From Octopus sinensis (taxonomy: Eukaryota), in the NCBI RefSeq assembly GCF_006345805.1, contig NC_043013.1:37820001-37884000 (forward strand): DNA of 64,000 nucleotides, read 5' to 3'. Shown here in pieces: positions 31,101 through 45,317 of the stretch (positions are counted from its first letter, which is position 1; each line of letters starts with the position of its first letter). The notes beneath the pieces were generated by a model, which saw only the letters and a program-made list of their open reading frames with translations, had not been told where the DNA came from and did no database searches. Made by a program: the position numbers and the translations under genes.

Positions 31101-32364
31101 TATTTACATATATATATATACATATATATACATATATATATATATATATACATATATATATGCATGTATATTTGCATGTACGTATGTATATATACATATA
31201 CACACACATATATATATCCATATATATATGCATGTATATTTGTATGTACGTATGTATATATACACACACACATATGTACATATATATAGTGAGAGAGAGA
31301 GAGAGAGAGAGAGAAAGAAAGAGAAATAGAGAGAGGGGGCAGAAATGGAGTGATTTATAGATACGTACATACGATTACCTAGTCTGTTCGTGTAAACTAC
31401 TATGGAGTCTGAGTCCTGGTTTCTTCCATCTACTACTATTAATTGCAAAGGCTTACATATGCGGCTATTTGCACGACTGTTTATATTTACTTACAATCTG
31501 TAATACTACGTCACAAACTGCATTTCGGAATATCAGTAAAAGCTCGCCGAATCGCATTTCCGGTATTAGGATACAACAATTTCTGTGATGTCGACGCAGT
31601 TACTTGATTCCATGTTGGGGTTCATATTGCAATTTGCTACAAGCAAGAATCATGCAATTCGTATTTCGTCTCCGTATGAAATTTGTTTCAACATTTCCTT
31701 TCATCTTTCTGCAGTGTCTTTGCAAGCACAAATGAGAAGAATCCCACTAATGTGAAATTTTTCATCTTTCCATCTCAAGGCATCTACTTCTTCACCACCG
31801 CCGCCGCCGCCGCCGCAGCCGCCACCACCACCACCACCACCACTACCACTAACACCACCACCGCCACCACCACCACCACCTACAACAAGATTATTGGCGC
31901 TACCAGTCGCTTTTTCATTCTTCCTTTTTCCTCACCCAGTGGACGCTAATTTGAAAGAACTAGCATGTTAACTATAGACAGTGAACAATTGACAGAGTTA
32001 TTATAAAAGTATGGACCTGCCTATTGATGAAGGTTACGATTAAAATTATAGAAATACCAATAATTACAGTTAAAATCAGACATTATTTCAGTTCATACAC
32101 AAAACTTGCAGTACGTTCTGAATATAGAAGTGATTGTCATTTTAAACAACAACAACAAAAATAACCACAACAAATATATAGGATTTCTTTCTAATTAAGG
32201 TGCAATGCCTGAAATTTGTGGGATAGTCGATTACATCACCCTCAGTGCTCAACTGGTAGTTATGTCACCAACCCACGAGAGGATGACATGAAGTCGACCT
32301 TGGTTGCACTCAGAAATTACTGACCGTGAAATGCTGCTCCGCCTTTTGCCAGATGACCGCTTTC

Positions 32365-32400
<36 letters not shown>

Positions 32401-32404
<4 letters not shown>

Positions 32405-33226
32405 GAAACTAACAGGCCAACATATTAAAGATCAGAAGCAGTCTAACATGTCGTGTATGCAAGCAACAAAATGAAACCATTGACCATGTGGTCTCCAAGT
32501 GCAGTCTTCTAGCGCCTACAGAGTATCTCAACAGGCACGATAGAGCTGCACAATATATTCACTGGGTAATCTGTAAAAACCTGGATTTGCCCCATGAAAA
32601 AAACTGGTGGGAACACAAACCACCCCCAGTGCTTGAAAATGACCACATCTCACTCCTCTAGAACTTCACCATTCAAACTGACAGGAAGATAGATGCAAAT
32701 AGGCCAGACATCATATTGAAAGACTTCAAACAAAGAACATGCCTCCTCATTGATATGACTGTCCCAATCGATATAAACGTATCTGTCAAGACCTACCAAA
32801 AACTGAGCAAATATAAAGATCTTGAAATAGAAATCAGCAAAATGTGGAAGCTGAAGACTAAAACAATACCTGTTGTCATAGGTGCCCTGGGAATGATAGC
32901 AAAAGGGGCTGATAGCTACCTAACTCAGATACCAGGAAACCCAAAAATGGCAGAAGTTCAAAAGATAGTGCTCATGGGAACTGCTCATATCCTACGCAAA
33001 ATACTCTCTATGTAATCTCAAGGTTTAAAACAAACATAATTTTCGGTTTAAAAAAAAAAAAAAAACCTTTTTTTTTAGACATTCATTAGTACAACATCCC
33101 CACCCCCCAAATATATGGCACACTAGGCATAACAACAACACATGAACTTCCAACCCTGTGTCTCTTGAGGTCTCTGGGTGAGACTTGGAGCCAACTTGTA
33201 CAAATATAAAGCAAAAGTCAAACATA

Positions 33227-33230
<4 letters not shown>
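32401..33230 (+). mobile_element. R4/Dong-type RLE non-LTR retrotransposon, 3' part (CCHC knuckle, PD-(D/E)xK nuclease, 3' UTR)
   Basis: CRVCKQQNETIDHVVSKC, YLNRHD, NRPDII, LIDMTVP, KLSKYKDL and IPVVIGALG; one internal stop; (AAT)n on both flanks. Confidence 0.93.
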
Positions 33231-33286
<56 letters not shown>

Positions 33287-33300
33287 TAAAAGTAATAATA

Positions 33301-33861
33301 TGCCCTCATGAAGTACCAAGCAGTGGGTCTCATGGATTTTGATCTTAACTGACTGGAGGTGTTATCATGTACATAATTGGTCTTGGTATAAAAGATGGGC
33401 TATAGCAAATATTCTGTTCAATACCACAGATTTGCTTGTTAGTTGCTTGACCTTAACCAGTTGAGCATGTCCCTTAGTGACTGACAATATGTGCATCTCT
33501 GATCACGAGCAGAAGTAGTGGGGGAGCATCATAACCATGTGTTGAGAGGAATTCTTTGAGATTTGAATAATTTACCTCTGGAAATATAGGTTTTTGCTCA
33601 ACATCCTTAAACGAACCTTATTCAAGGACCTTTTGCGCAGGATGGGCTACTCAACATGAAGAAAATTCTAACTGGGCTCCACCTGCGAGATCATGCGATG
33701 TTTATCTTGATATGAGATCACCATGTCATGTCGCGCACACATGGTTATGATGCATCTGCCTGGTGTAACCTTATCAGATGGATAGTCATGATGGGTATAC
33801 TGGGCTACGTATATTTTACCCCAATGTCATATTGATGGCATGCGCCACTCTCTCGCTCCCA
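33301..33861 (+). mobile_element. Non-coding, roughly 560-bp complex insert bounded by (AAT)n/(AAC)n arrays; probable non-autonomous retroelement
   Basis: Sharp microsatellite boundaries and no recognisable ORF; single copy in this window, so repeat status and strand are inferred. Confidence 0.5.
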
Positions 33862-33870
33862 AATAATATT

Positions 33871-33915
<45 letters not shown>

Positions 33916-33940
33916 AATAATAATAATAATAATAACAATA

Positions 33941-34628
33941 ATGGGATCCTGGAGCTGGACAGTATCTTGCACAGAGAAATAAAAGACAAGGTCATCACTG
34001 CATATTTCAAGCGTCTCAAACTTCTCTTGAAATCAAAACTCAACTCAAGGAACCTTGTGACTACCATTAACATATGGGCTGTTGCTGTAGTCTGCTGCAG
34101 TACACTCTTCCTGAGATGGAAACAAGTGGAGATTGACCAGCTCGATCGTACTACTCGAAAGACAATGACAACGCACGGTGCTCTCCAGGACCAGGCATTG
34201 AATACCAACTTGTGTGGTATATAGTCCTTTTCGTTGAGTTGGTATTCAATGCCTGGTCCTGGGCCGCGATGATTAGACTTTCAGTATTTATTCTTTTATT
34301 TAGATCATCCTTCCAGAGTCGCCTCCATGATGCTCCCTGGTCTTTTTATTGTTCACGGTGGGACTGACCATGTAATTCTATACGGAGTAGGGTACCTTCT
34401 CTCTCGTTGGCTATTCTTGTTCGAAATTCATGAGCATTCTCAAGTCCATTTCTGTTGACTCCTTCTGCACGAGCAGGTCTTCTTTGCTGTTTACCATATA
34501 TTCTGCTATGTTTCTTCTTTCACCGTTGATGCACTCCCGTACGCTAATTAGGCCACATCCATCCTTACCTCTCTTCAGGTAAAACCTGTGTAGATTTATT
34601 TTAGGGTGGAGAGCACCGTGCGTTGTCA
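33941..34628. mobile_element. R4/Dong-type RT/thumb fragment with internal inversion
   Basis: Plus strand GILELD..YFKRLKLLLKSKLNSRNLVTTINIWAV..LDRTTRKTMTTHGAL; the continuation HGALHPKINLHRFYLKR..GCGLISV is on the minus strand at 34237-34628. Confidence 0.88.
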
Positions 34629-35579
34629 CTGTGAGAATTCTCTGCATTACTCTTAGTCGGTATTCTCTTGAAAGATATACACGCCTACAGTGAGAGTCGG
34701 ATAACACCTCAGTTTTTACTTCTGAGAGATATCAAGAAATATTTTAGTATCCTGCACTTCATAAAAATGTTTGCAGCATCGCCAAAGTGAAAACTTAAAT
34801 CACCACTGTCAATAATATTGTAAGTTATTGCAAGTCGGTGTTATCCATTGATGATGAGTTTCTTTATGTGTTTCGTATAGGAAAGTGTAGCTTACACAAT
34901 TCTAAAACAAGTGCAATGCAAATGTTACTTGCACTCCTGCTTGAATTCGTTGGCGGTGATTTATGGGCAGTTTCACTGAATATGTGGTGGATCTGTAAAT
35001 CGGTACGCCATTTCATTTACAAAACAAGGACACGTCAGGAAAGATTTCCACATAGCTGTTGGGCGAGGGTTAATAACCTCAATGTCAAGGCAAGAATAGA
35101 TCATCATATTTTATGCATTAAACAGCTTAGGTGTATTTGTGTGTTGTGAGGAAATAGTTCAAGACGAGGAAGGCGTATTCGTTTTGACTGCGAGGAGGAT
35201 TCATTCAGCAAATTCATAATTCCCCAGATAGCTTAAAACGGATAAAAGAAAAATACTTTCAGATAGACTAGTTGCAAAGCATTTCCTGTTTGTGTGTCGT
35301 TATAAAATGAAGTGTTGTCGAAAACAAGATTTCTCTGAGAATAGACCAGGCTTAGCGGGCTGTAATCATGTAAATGTATATTCGCATGTATGTCTGCATG
35401 TACGTATGTATGTATGTATGTATTTATGTATGCATGTAAATATGCATGTTTATATATATGTATGTTTGTATATATATATGTGTGTGTGTGTATGTGTGTG
35501 TATGTATGTTTGTGTGTGTGTGCACATACACACACATATACGTTAGAATTTCATTACGTTTTACTGTTAATTAGGATAT

Positions 35580-35818
35580 AGGTTGTGGATTAAGAAAATT
35601 GCTTCTCAACCACAGGGTCCCAGGTTCAGTCTAACTGACACCTTCGGCAAGTGTCTTCTGCTATATCCTCGGGTCGACCAAATCATTGCGAGTGGGTTTA
35701 GTAGATGGAGCTTGAAGCTTGTCGCATATATATATATACAAATGTATATACACACATACATATATACATACACACACACACACACACATACATATATATA
35801 CATACATACATATATATA

Positions 35819-35886
<68 letters not shown>

Positions 35887-36050
35887 GGCATAGGAGTGGC
35901 TGTGTTGTAAGTCGATTGCTTACGAACCACATGGTTCCGGCTTCAGTCTCACTGCGTAGCACCTTGGGCAAGTGTTTTCCATTATTAGTAGACGATATTC
36001 ACAAAGACTTGTGAGTGGATTTGGTCAACTGAAACTGAAAGAAGCTCGTC
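35580..36050 (+). mobile_element. Two degenerate SINE family A 5' halves (about 35580-35725 and 35885-36050)
   Basis: Head and CACCTT.GGCAAGTGT blocks. Confidence 0.75.
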
Positions 36051-36052
36051 GC

Positions 36053-36142
<90 letters not shown>

Positions 36143-36156
36143 ATCTATCTATCTAT

Positions 36157-36210
<54 letters not shown>

Positions 36211-36225
36211 GTGTGTATATATATA

Positions 36226-36355
36226 CAGGGTGTCCCAAAAAATGTATACACATAGTGGTTCGGCAAAACAGAACGATAGAATAAGTACTAGGCTTACAAA
36301 GAATAACAAATTTACAATTATTTAAGGTGTGTATACATTTTTTGGGGACACCCTG
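36226..36355. mobile_element. Tc1/mariner-type MITE (130 bp) with captured SINE fragment
   Basis: TIRs CAGGGTGTCCC(C)AAAAAATGTATACAC of 26-27 bp, TA on both sides; interior 36253-36306 matches the SINE A 3' module. Confidence 0.85.
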
Positions 36356-36636
36356 TATATATGTATGTATGTATGTATGTATGCATGTATGTATGTATGT
36401 ATGTATGTATGTGTATGTGTTTATAGTGACAATATAATAAATATTTTTTTAAAGCTTTCTCGCCATCTCAGCATTGTTTCCGAACGACAAATATCTGTAT
36501 ATACACAGGCACTCCCTGCCACACAAACAATCCGATCTTGCACGCAAACACCCAATCTGTATTACTGGAGCATGCTAAGCACAAAGACAAAGCCATTACA
36601 ATTATAAACGTAGATATGAACAAGCAAACCCTCACA

Positions 36637-36685
<49 letters not shown>

Positions 36686-37023
36686 CACACATACACACAC
36701 ACGCCCATATATAGACACATGTATATTGTTTTTCTTCTGTAGACGCATGACTGGGTACCAACTGTGACTAATTCGGGTGGACAGCTCATCGGATATACAT
36801 TTATGCGATTGAGTTAGGGTTAAAATGCAACACTTCTCTTAATAGGCGAGTTTGTGCATTGTCTCAATGTTGTTGTGCGTGTGTACACATCCGTGTGTTA
36901 ATATAGGTGGGCGTGCATTTGTGCGTCTATATTAGGTAGTGCTTGGAATGCTGTAAAAGATAAAGAATTTACATAGATTTTCAGAAATATACTTAAATAT
37001 ATCAATGCACGAAAACACAGAGT

Positions 37024-37243
37024 ACGTGGGGTACTGAAAAGCTCCTGGCTTTAAAGATAATTCGGAAGGCCTGGTAAGAGGGCCAACCTTCCGAGTTTTT
37101 CTACAGGGCTTAGATAAACGGAAGGACCACTTCAATTGGTGTGTGAATCCGAGAAGGGAATATCCTGAATACAGTCATAATTATCAGACACCCCTGTATT
37201 TTCTTTTTTTCCAAAACCTGGGACTTTTCAGCATTCCCGTGGT
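37024..37243. mobile_element. Probable mariner-derived MITE, degraded
   Basis: TACGTGGGGTACTGAAAAGCTCCTGG versus CTGGGACTTTTCAGCATTCCCGT, an imperfect inverted repeat. Confidence 0.45.
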
Positions 37244-37386
37244 ATGTAGCTTGCTAACCAGCCACATGGTTCCGGGTTCAGTCCCACTGCGTGGCATCTT
37301 GGGCAAGTGTCTTCTGCTATAGCTCCGGGCCGACCAATGCCTTGTGAGTGGATTTGGTAGACGAAAACTGAGAGAAGCCTGTCGTA

Positions 37387-37468
<82 letters not shown>

Positions 37469-37675
37469 AGTGTCTGTGTTTGTCCCCCTAGCATTGCTTG
37501 ACAACCGATGCCGGTGTGTTTACGTCCCCGTCACTTAGCGGTTCGGCAAAAGAGACCGATACAATAAGTACTGGGCTTACAAATAATAAGTCCCGGGGTC
37601 GATTTGCTCGACTAAAGGCAGTGCTCCAGCATGGCCGCAGTCAAATGACTGAAACAAGTAAAAGAGTAAAAGAGT
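37238..37675 (+). mobile_element. SINE family A, slightly 5'-truncated
   Basis: Matches the family consensus through the tail. Confidence 0.9.
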
Positions 37676-38438
37676 ATAAGTGTGTGTATGTGTGTGTATG
37701 TGTGTATGTATCAAAAGAAAAGCGTCGAATCCTGAATCATATACTCATTAGGCTGGTTTCCCCAGATCCAGGAGCGTACATATTTCGTCCTTGGACGGGA
37801 CGCCGGGACATCAAGAGATACCTAATTTTGCAGCTGAAAGTACTGAAGTAATTTGAGATGAGGTTTCCTCAGAAACAACATATCGCCTGGTCCAGGTATC
37901 GAAACCACAAATTTACGAACATGAGTGCAACATGGTAATTGCTAAGTCACGCGTCACCACGTACGTCTACGTATATATACATGAATGCATATATGTGTAT
38001 GTGCGCGTGTGTTTCCGTGTGTGTATCTGGGGAGGGTATGCATACTTACCTAAGCATGTTTGTATATTAAATAAAGTATATAATGCTATGTAACTATGTG
38101 TGTGTGTGTGTATGTGTGTATGCATTTGTGTGGGGATGATTGGGAGCAACCATGTGTAGACAGAAAGGGTAATGAGAATGGAGGATAAGGTGAGTATATG
38201 AGAGAGTGTGTAAATTAGAGAAAGGGTATGAGAATGAGTGTGAGTGTGCATGAGAATGAAAGAGTGTGCATGTTTTTGTTACAAAAAGAAGAAAAATTCG
38301 TATACAACTGCCTACCAATACACACATGTATATAGACATATGTATGTATTTATGTATGTACGTATGGATGTATGTATGTATACACACACACATATATAAT
38401 ATATATATATATAATATATATATATATATATGTGTGTG

Positions 38439-38469
<31 letters not shown>

Positions 38470-39416
38470 AGTGTCTGTGTTTGTCCCCCTAGCATTGCTT
38501 GACAACCGATGCCGGTGTGTTTACGTCCCCGTCACTTAGCGGTTCGGCAAAAGAGACCGATACAATAAGTACTGGGCTTACAAATAATAAGTCCCGGGGT
38601 CGATTTGCTCGACTAAGGCAGTGCTCCAGCATGGCCGCAGTCAAATGACTGAAACAAGTAAAAGAGTAAAAGAGTATAAGTGTGTGTATGTGTGTGTATG
38701 TGTGTGTATGTGTGTATGTATCAAAAGAAAAGCGTCGAATCCTGAATCATATACTCATTAGGCTGGTTTCCCCAGATCCAGGAGCGTACATATTTCGTCC
38801 TTGGACGGGACGCCGGGAGGGACATCAAGAGATACCTAATTTTGCAGCTGAAAGTACTGAAGTAATTTGAGATGAGGTTTCCTCAGAAACAACATATCGC
38901 CTGGTCCAGGTATCGAAACCACAAATTTACGAACATGAGTGCAACATGGTAATTGCTAAGTCACGCGTCACCACGTACGTCTACGTATATATACATGAAT
39001 GCATATATGTGTATGTGCGCGTGTGTTTCCGTGTGTGTATCTGGGGAGGGTATGCATACTTACCTAAGCATGTTTGTATATTAAATAAAGTATATAATGC
39101 TATGTAACTATGTGTGTGTGTGTGTATGTGTGTATGCATTTGTGTGGGGATGATTGGGAGCAACCATGTGTAGACAGAAAGGGTAATGAGAATGGAGGAT
39201 AAGGTGAGTATATGAGAGAGTGTGTAAATTAGAGAAAGGGTATGAGAATGAGTGTGAGTGTGCATGAGAATGAAAGAGTGTGCATGTTTTTGTTACAAAA
39301 AGAAGAAAAATTCGTATACAACTGCCTACCAATACACACATGTATATAGACATATGTATGTATGTATTTATGTATGTACGTATGGATGTATGTATGTATA
39401 CACACACACATATATA

Positions 39417-39430
<14 letters not shown>
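37390..39430. repeat. Near-identical tandem duplication, period about 1.01 kb
   Basis: About 37430-38400 matches about 38440-39420; differences are small indels. Confidence 0.93.
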
Positions 39431-39499
<69 letters not shown>

Positions 39500-39766
39500 G
39501 CAGAGACAGACAGACAGAGACAGAGACACAAACAGAGAGAGAGAGAGAGAGCAGTTTCCTTAACGAGAAGAGATTGTAAAGTTGAGTCTGGTGTATATGT
39601 GTATAAATCTCATATATTTTTCTTTCGTGATTATAGGTGGTACACATATGCACTGCTGATCACCGAGAGAGATATGTGAAATTGAAGTAGCTAGGGAGGA
39701 AGTAAACAGGGACTTTATTAAGTCAATTTCCCAATAGATCTCTATTCAATATTTAGTATTAATTAC

Positions 39767-40460
39767 AAGGCGGAGAGCTGGTAGAAACGTTAGCACTCCA
39801 GAGAAAATGCTTAGCGGTATTTCGTCTATCTTTACGTTGTGAGTTCAAATTCCACGGAGTTCGACATTGAATTTTATCTTTCCTGGTCGATAAATTAAGT
39901 ACCAGTTGCGTACTGGTGTCGATCTAATCTACTGGCCCCCTCCCAAAAATGTCAGGCCTTGTGCCTAGAGTAGAAGAGAATATATTACTTCGTGTTCCTA
40001 AAGCGGCGAGCTGGTAGAAACGTTAACACGCCGGGCGAAATGCGTAGCGGTATATCGTCTGCCGTTACGTTCTGAGTTCAAATTCCGCCGAGGTCGACTT
40101 TGCCTTTCATCCTTTCGGGGTCGTTAAATTAAGTACCAGTTACGCACTGGAGTCGATATAATTGACTTAATCCGTTTGTCTGTCCTTGTTTGTCCTCTCT
40201 CTGTTTAGCCTCTCTGTTTTCTTTAGTAAATAAATTGGTTTTCGTCTGTCTTTACGTTTAGAGTTCAAATTCTGCTGAGGTCGACTTTGCCTTTCATCGT
40301 TCGGAGTCGATAAAATAAGTACCTGTTGCGTACTGGGGTTGATTTAATCGACTGGTCCCCTTCCCCAAAAATATACAATGGGACCTATTTCTACGACAAA
40401 ATCCAAGGAGGCGGTGCTCCAGCACGGCCGCAGTCCAACGACTAAAACAAGTAAAAGATA
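39767..40460 (+). mobile_element. Cluster of three SINE family B copies (tail 2, tail 1, tail 2) plus a SINE A tail fragment
   Basis: Repeated Meta-type GTCGATAAATTAAGTACCAG-like blocks near 39886, 40120 and 40307. Confidence 0.88.
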
Positions 40461-40814
40461 ATGTCTAAAGAGTAAATGCGTATATATATAAATGTATATA
40501 TTTATAAGTGGTGTGTATGTATGTGTATCTGTGCGAGTGTCTGTGTTTGTATATATTCTTTACAGTTCTCTCATATATATAATATATATATATAATATAT
40601 ATATATATATGCATATATATATATATATATTATATATATATATATATATATAATATATATATTATATATATATTATATATATATATAAATGCGTGTATAT
40701 ATTTCTGTAAGTATTTTAATACTATGTTGACCACAAATCTAATTAGAAATAACCATTTCGCATGGGAAGGACAACATTAACTCATTAACTAACAGCAGCA
40801 AATACAGGAGACAA

Positions 40815-40855
40815 CTTCAGACATGCTTCGGTCTTATTAACCCTGGTCAGCGAAG
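40815..40855 (-). ncRNA. Degenerate minimal hammerhead-like motif
   Basis: Minus strand CTTCG-CTGACCA-G-GGTT-AATAA-GACC-GAAG-CATG-TC-TGAAG: stems intact, core changes G8C and A15.1G. Confidence 0.5.
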
Positions 40856-41592
40856 CATTGACTTCACGCTGGTTTGTGAAACGAAGTCTATTTTTATCTT
40901 TATCTCTTTAGTATTCATAAATAGCATTTGTTGCTGATTAGCTCCATGTCAGCCGTGTTTCATCGACCATAACTATGATCAAAGACATTCCACGTTGAAC
41001 ATCGTGTCTTTTATTCTGCCATTATGCACCACGCACAACGTTATTCCGTCTATCCCTCCGTTTTTAATGTGGTAAAGTGTGGTTTGAAGATAATTCGATT
41101 ACAATTACCAGCAGGTACAGTTACCAGGAGAAAGTTATCTCAATGTTTCGTATAATTAGGAGTTGATGTATTTTCATCGTTTAGCACCATGTTTGCACTT
41201 GTTGTATTAACATTTGATCAAAAAACATAACATCTATAATCACCATTTTATATTTCGACGTAGTGTATCTGGGACTACACTTTCGAAACCTCTATTTCTC
41301 TCTCTGTTTATTCAAAGATGCAAGGACTGATTTGGGGTAGTTTATTCTAGTTCTAGCTCAGTAGTAACAAACCTGAATGACAACTCTTTGGTGTCTAATT
41401 TTACGAATATTCTGATGAGATGCATAACTAAATGAGTGAGATATCTTTAAAACCAACCGAGTTTATTGTCATTCCAAGCTGCTGCAAAAGAACTTAATGA
41501 AGCCAAGTTCAAAAGGTACTTGAGTACATACAGACTTGTCTTGTGCGTATAGGACATTATACTATGAGCGCAAGCACAGACGTCTTTGTATC

Positions 41593-41653
<61 letters not shown>

Positions 41654-41669
41654 GATATATATATATATA

Positions 41670-41715
<46 letters not shown>

Positions 41716-41769
41716 TATACATCACACACACATATATATATATATACATGTACATATATATATATATAT

Positions 41770-41815
<46 letters not shown>

Positions 41816-42131
41816 GTCTCTGTGAGTCTTTGTGTTTGTACCCTCTTCACCGCTTCACAACTGGTGTTGGTGTCTTTACGTCCCCGTAAACTATTGGTTC
41901 AGCAATGGGAAAGATATAAGAAGTACAAGGCATTAAAAATTAAGTCCTGGTTTGATTCGTTCGATTAAAACCCTTGAAGGCGGTACTCCGGCATGGACGG
42001 AGCCAAATGTATGAAAGAAGCAAAAGACTAATGTGTGTGTCTACATACATACATACATACTTATATATATATGAATGCATATATATATGTGTGTATATAT
42101 ATGTATATGTATGTATATATATATGTGTATA

Positions 42132-42162
<31 letters not shown>

Positions 42163-43159
42163 GTATTTATATATATATATATGTGTATGTGTGTATATAT
42201 ATATACATATATATATATATATTTATATATTCATATATATATATATGTATGTATGTATATATATATATATATATATATACACGCAATTACTATATATGGG
42301 TGGCTTCAAGGAGGTTCGCTGGCAGAATCGTTGACACATCGGGCATGCTGCTTAGCGGCATTTCGTCCATTCTGAGTTCAAATTTCACAGACGTCGAATT
42401 TGCGCTTCACTGATTTTGAAGTCGATGAAAAAAGTACCAGTTCAACACTGGGGTCAAATTTGTAAAGCTAATAAGTATGTGAGACGTGTCTCTGTGAGCG
42501 TATGTGCATATGTATACATGAATATGCAATCTATTTATGTGTGTGTGTATGCGTGTGCTCATTATGTATTCGTCTGCACAAACGCATGCAACATAAACAC
42601 CCATGTATATAACCATTATTTTTAAAAGCGTTAATTAGAAGTATTATATAGGAATGCTATTTTGAAACATTGCTTAAACAGCAACTCATTTCCATGACAT
42701 CGTTTGTTATAGAGTTTATGACGTTTATAATAACACCGGTTTCAAATTTCGGCTCAAAGCCGGTAATATCGGTGGCGTGAGGCAAGTCGCTTGCATCTAC
42801 CCAACGCTCAGCTGGTAGTTATGTTACCGACTCCGAAAGGAAAATTTGAAAGTTTATAATAATATTACCACAAGACACAGATAAGGACCCAAAAGCGTGA
42901 GCGGAAAGCAGCTCTCTTCACACGTGTCTTTCACAACGGTTTTCAAACAGAAGAACGTGAGGGTAATCGTTTTCTTCAAACTTAAAAAATATATATTCAG
43001 ATAGTTGATATATCTAAAGAAAACCAAGCCGTGTTTACCATTTGATGATTGGAAACGAGCAACTCTAAGTACTGGAAATCAGAGCGTTTCAGTTATATAA
43101 TGTATTAAACCATACTCTACTCCTGTATTGAGTCCTGCAATTTGTCGCATCTGGAGAAT

Positions 43160-43655
<496 letters not shown>

Positions 43656-43780
43656 ACACACACACACACATATATATATATATTATATATATATATATAT
43701 ATATAAGCATGTGTGTGTGTGTTTATGCGTGTGTTAGTGTATGTATCCATCTATCTATCAATCGATCAATCGATCTATCA

Positions 43781-43816
<36 letters not shown>

Positions 43817-43904
43817 TCACACACACGCACATACCGTCACACATACGAATGCAGGTATGGCTATGGTAAGGAGCTTGCTTCCAAACCATATGGGTTCCCG
43901 TTCA

Positions 43905-44260
43905 GCCTTCGCTCCAGGGAGTAAAGTTGCAGTGTTCTCAGCATATATACCTGTAACTCATCCGCTGCACCATCTTAGTCTTTTTAGTTTAGTGGCGCTG
44001 GACGGCTTGAAATTCCGCTCTTAGTTTGGCACTATGTGATGACCAAAATCGCGAGCGGTATTCTAGGCGGCTGAGAACAAAAGTTCTCCAAATGTTCTCC
44101 ATAGTTTCTTGGTCTCTTGTCTTGAAGGGCCTCGGTATTAATCCTGCCAGTTGTCTACACTTTGTTGCAATCTTGGTCATGTGCATATAAAATGATGCAT
44201 CATTGCACGTACTGATCCCCAAGTCTTTCAATGCTCATGACTCTGAGATTGTAGTACTTT
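43905..44260 (-). mobile_element. CR1/L2-like LINE RT C-terminal fragment
   Basis: KDLGI..F..H..KC....G.I.R.FKTRD..M..FV.SRLEY...WS....AVQR motif string. Confidence 0.8.
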
Positions 44261-44286
44261 GGGTCCTGTATATGCAGGTTGCATGC

Positions 44287-44337
<51 letters not shown>

Positions 44338-44383
44338 CATATATATATATATATATAGATATATATATATATATATATATATA

Positions 44384-44790
44384 TAGGAGTGGCTGTGTGG
44401 TAAGTAGCTTGCTAACCAACCACATGGTTCCGGGTTCAGTCCCTCTGCGTGGCATCTTGGGCAAGTGTCTTCTGCTATAGCCCCGGGCCGACCAATGCCT
44501 TGTGAGTGGATTTGGTAGACGGAAACTGAAAGAAGCCTGTCGTATATATGTATATATGTATATGTATGTGTGTGTGTTTGTGCGTCTGTGTTTGTTCCCC
44601 TAGCCTTGCTTGACAACCGATGGTGGTGTGTTTACGTCCCCATCACTTAGCGATTCGGCAAAAAGAGAACGATAGAATAAGTACTGGGCTTACAAAAAGA
44701 ATAAGTCCCGGGGTCGAGTTGCTCGACTAAAAGGCGGTGCTCCAGCATGGCCGCAGTCAAATGACTGAAACAAGTTAAAGAATAAAAGAA
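44384..44790 (+). mobile_element. SINE family A, near full length
   Basis: Complete modules, inserted in (TA)n. Confidence 0.93.
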
Positions 44791-44947
44791 TATATATATA
44801 TATGTATGTATATATGCATATATATATATATAATATATATATATATAATATATATATATATTAATATATATATATATATATATATATTAATATATATATA
44901 TATTATGTATGTATGTATGTATGTATATTTACATATATGTAGTATAT

Positions 44948-45200
44948 TCCCAGACCGGGCGTTGTGTGTGTTTATTGAGTGAAATCACCTAAAGCTCCAC
45001 GAGATTCCGGCAGGAGGTGGTAGCGACCCCCTTATGTACTCTTTCCCCCCAACTTTCACTCACTCTTCTTCCTGTTTCTTGAGTAACGCTGCGATGGACT
45101 GGCGTCCCGTCCAGCTGGGGGAAACACATACGCCACAGAATCCGGGAAACCGGGCCCATGAGCCTGGCTAGGCTTGGAAAAGGGCGCATAAATGAAAATA
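44948..45200 (+). mobile_element. 5'-truncated SINE of a fourth family
   Basis: CTGCGATGGACTGGCGTCCCGTCCAG..CCACAGAA.CCGGG resembles a 3' module I recall from several invertebrate and fish SINEs. Confidence 0.6.
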
Positions 45201-45281
45201 ACTATATATATATATATATATATACTATATATATATATATACTATATATATATATACTATATATATATATATATTGTGTGT

Positions 45282-45317
<36 letters not shown>

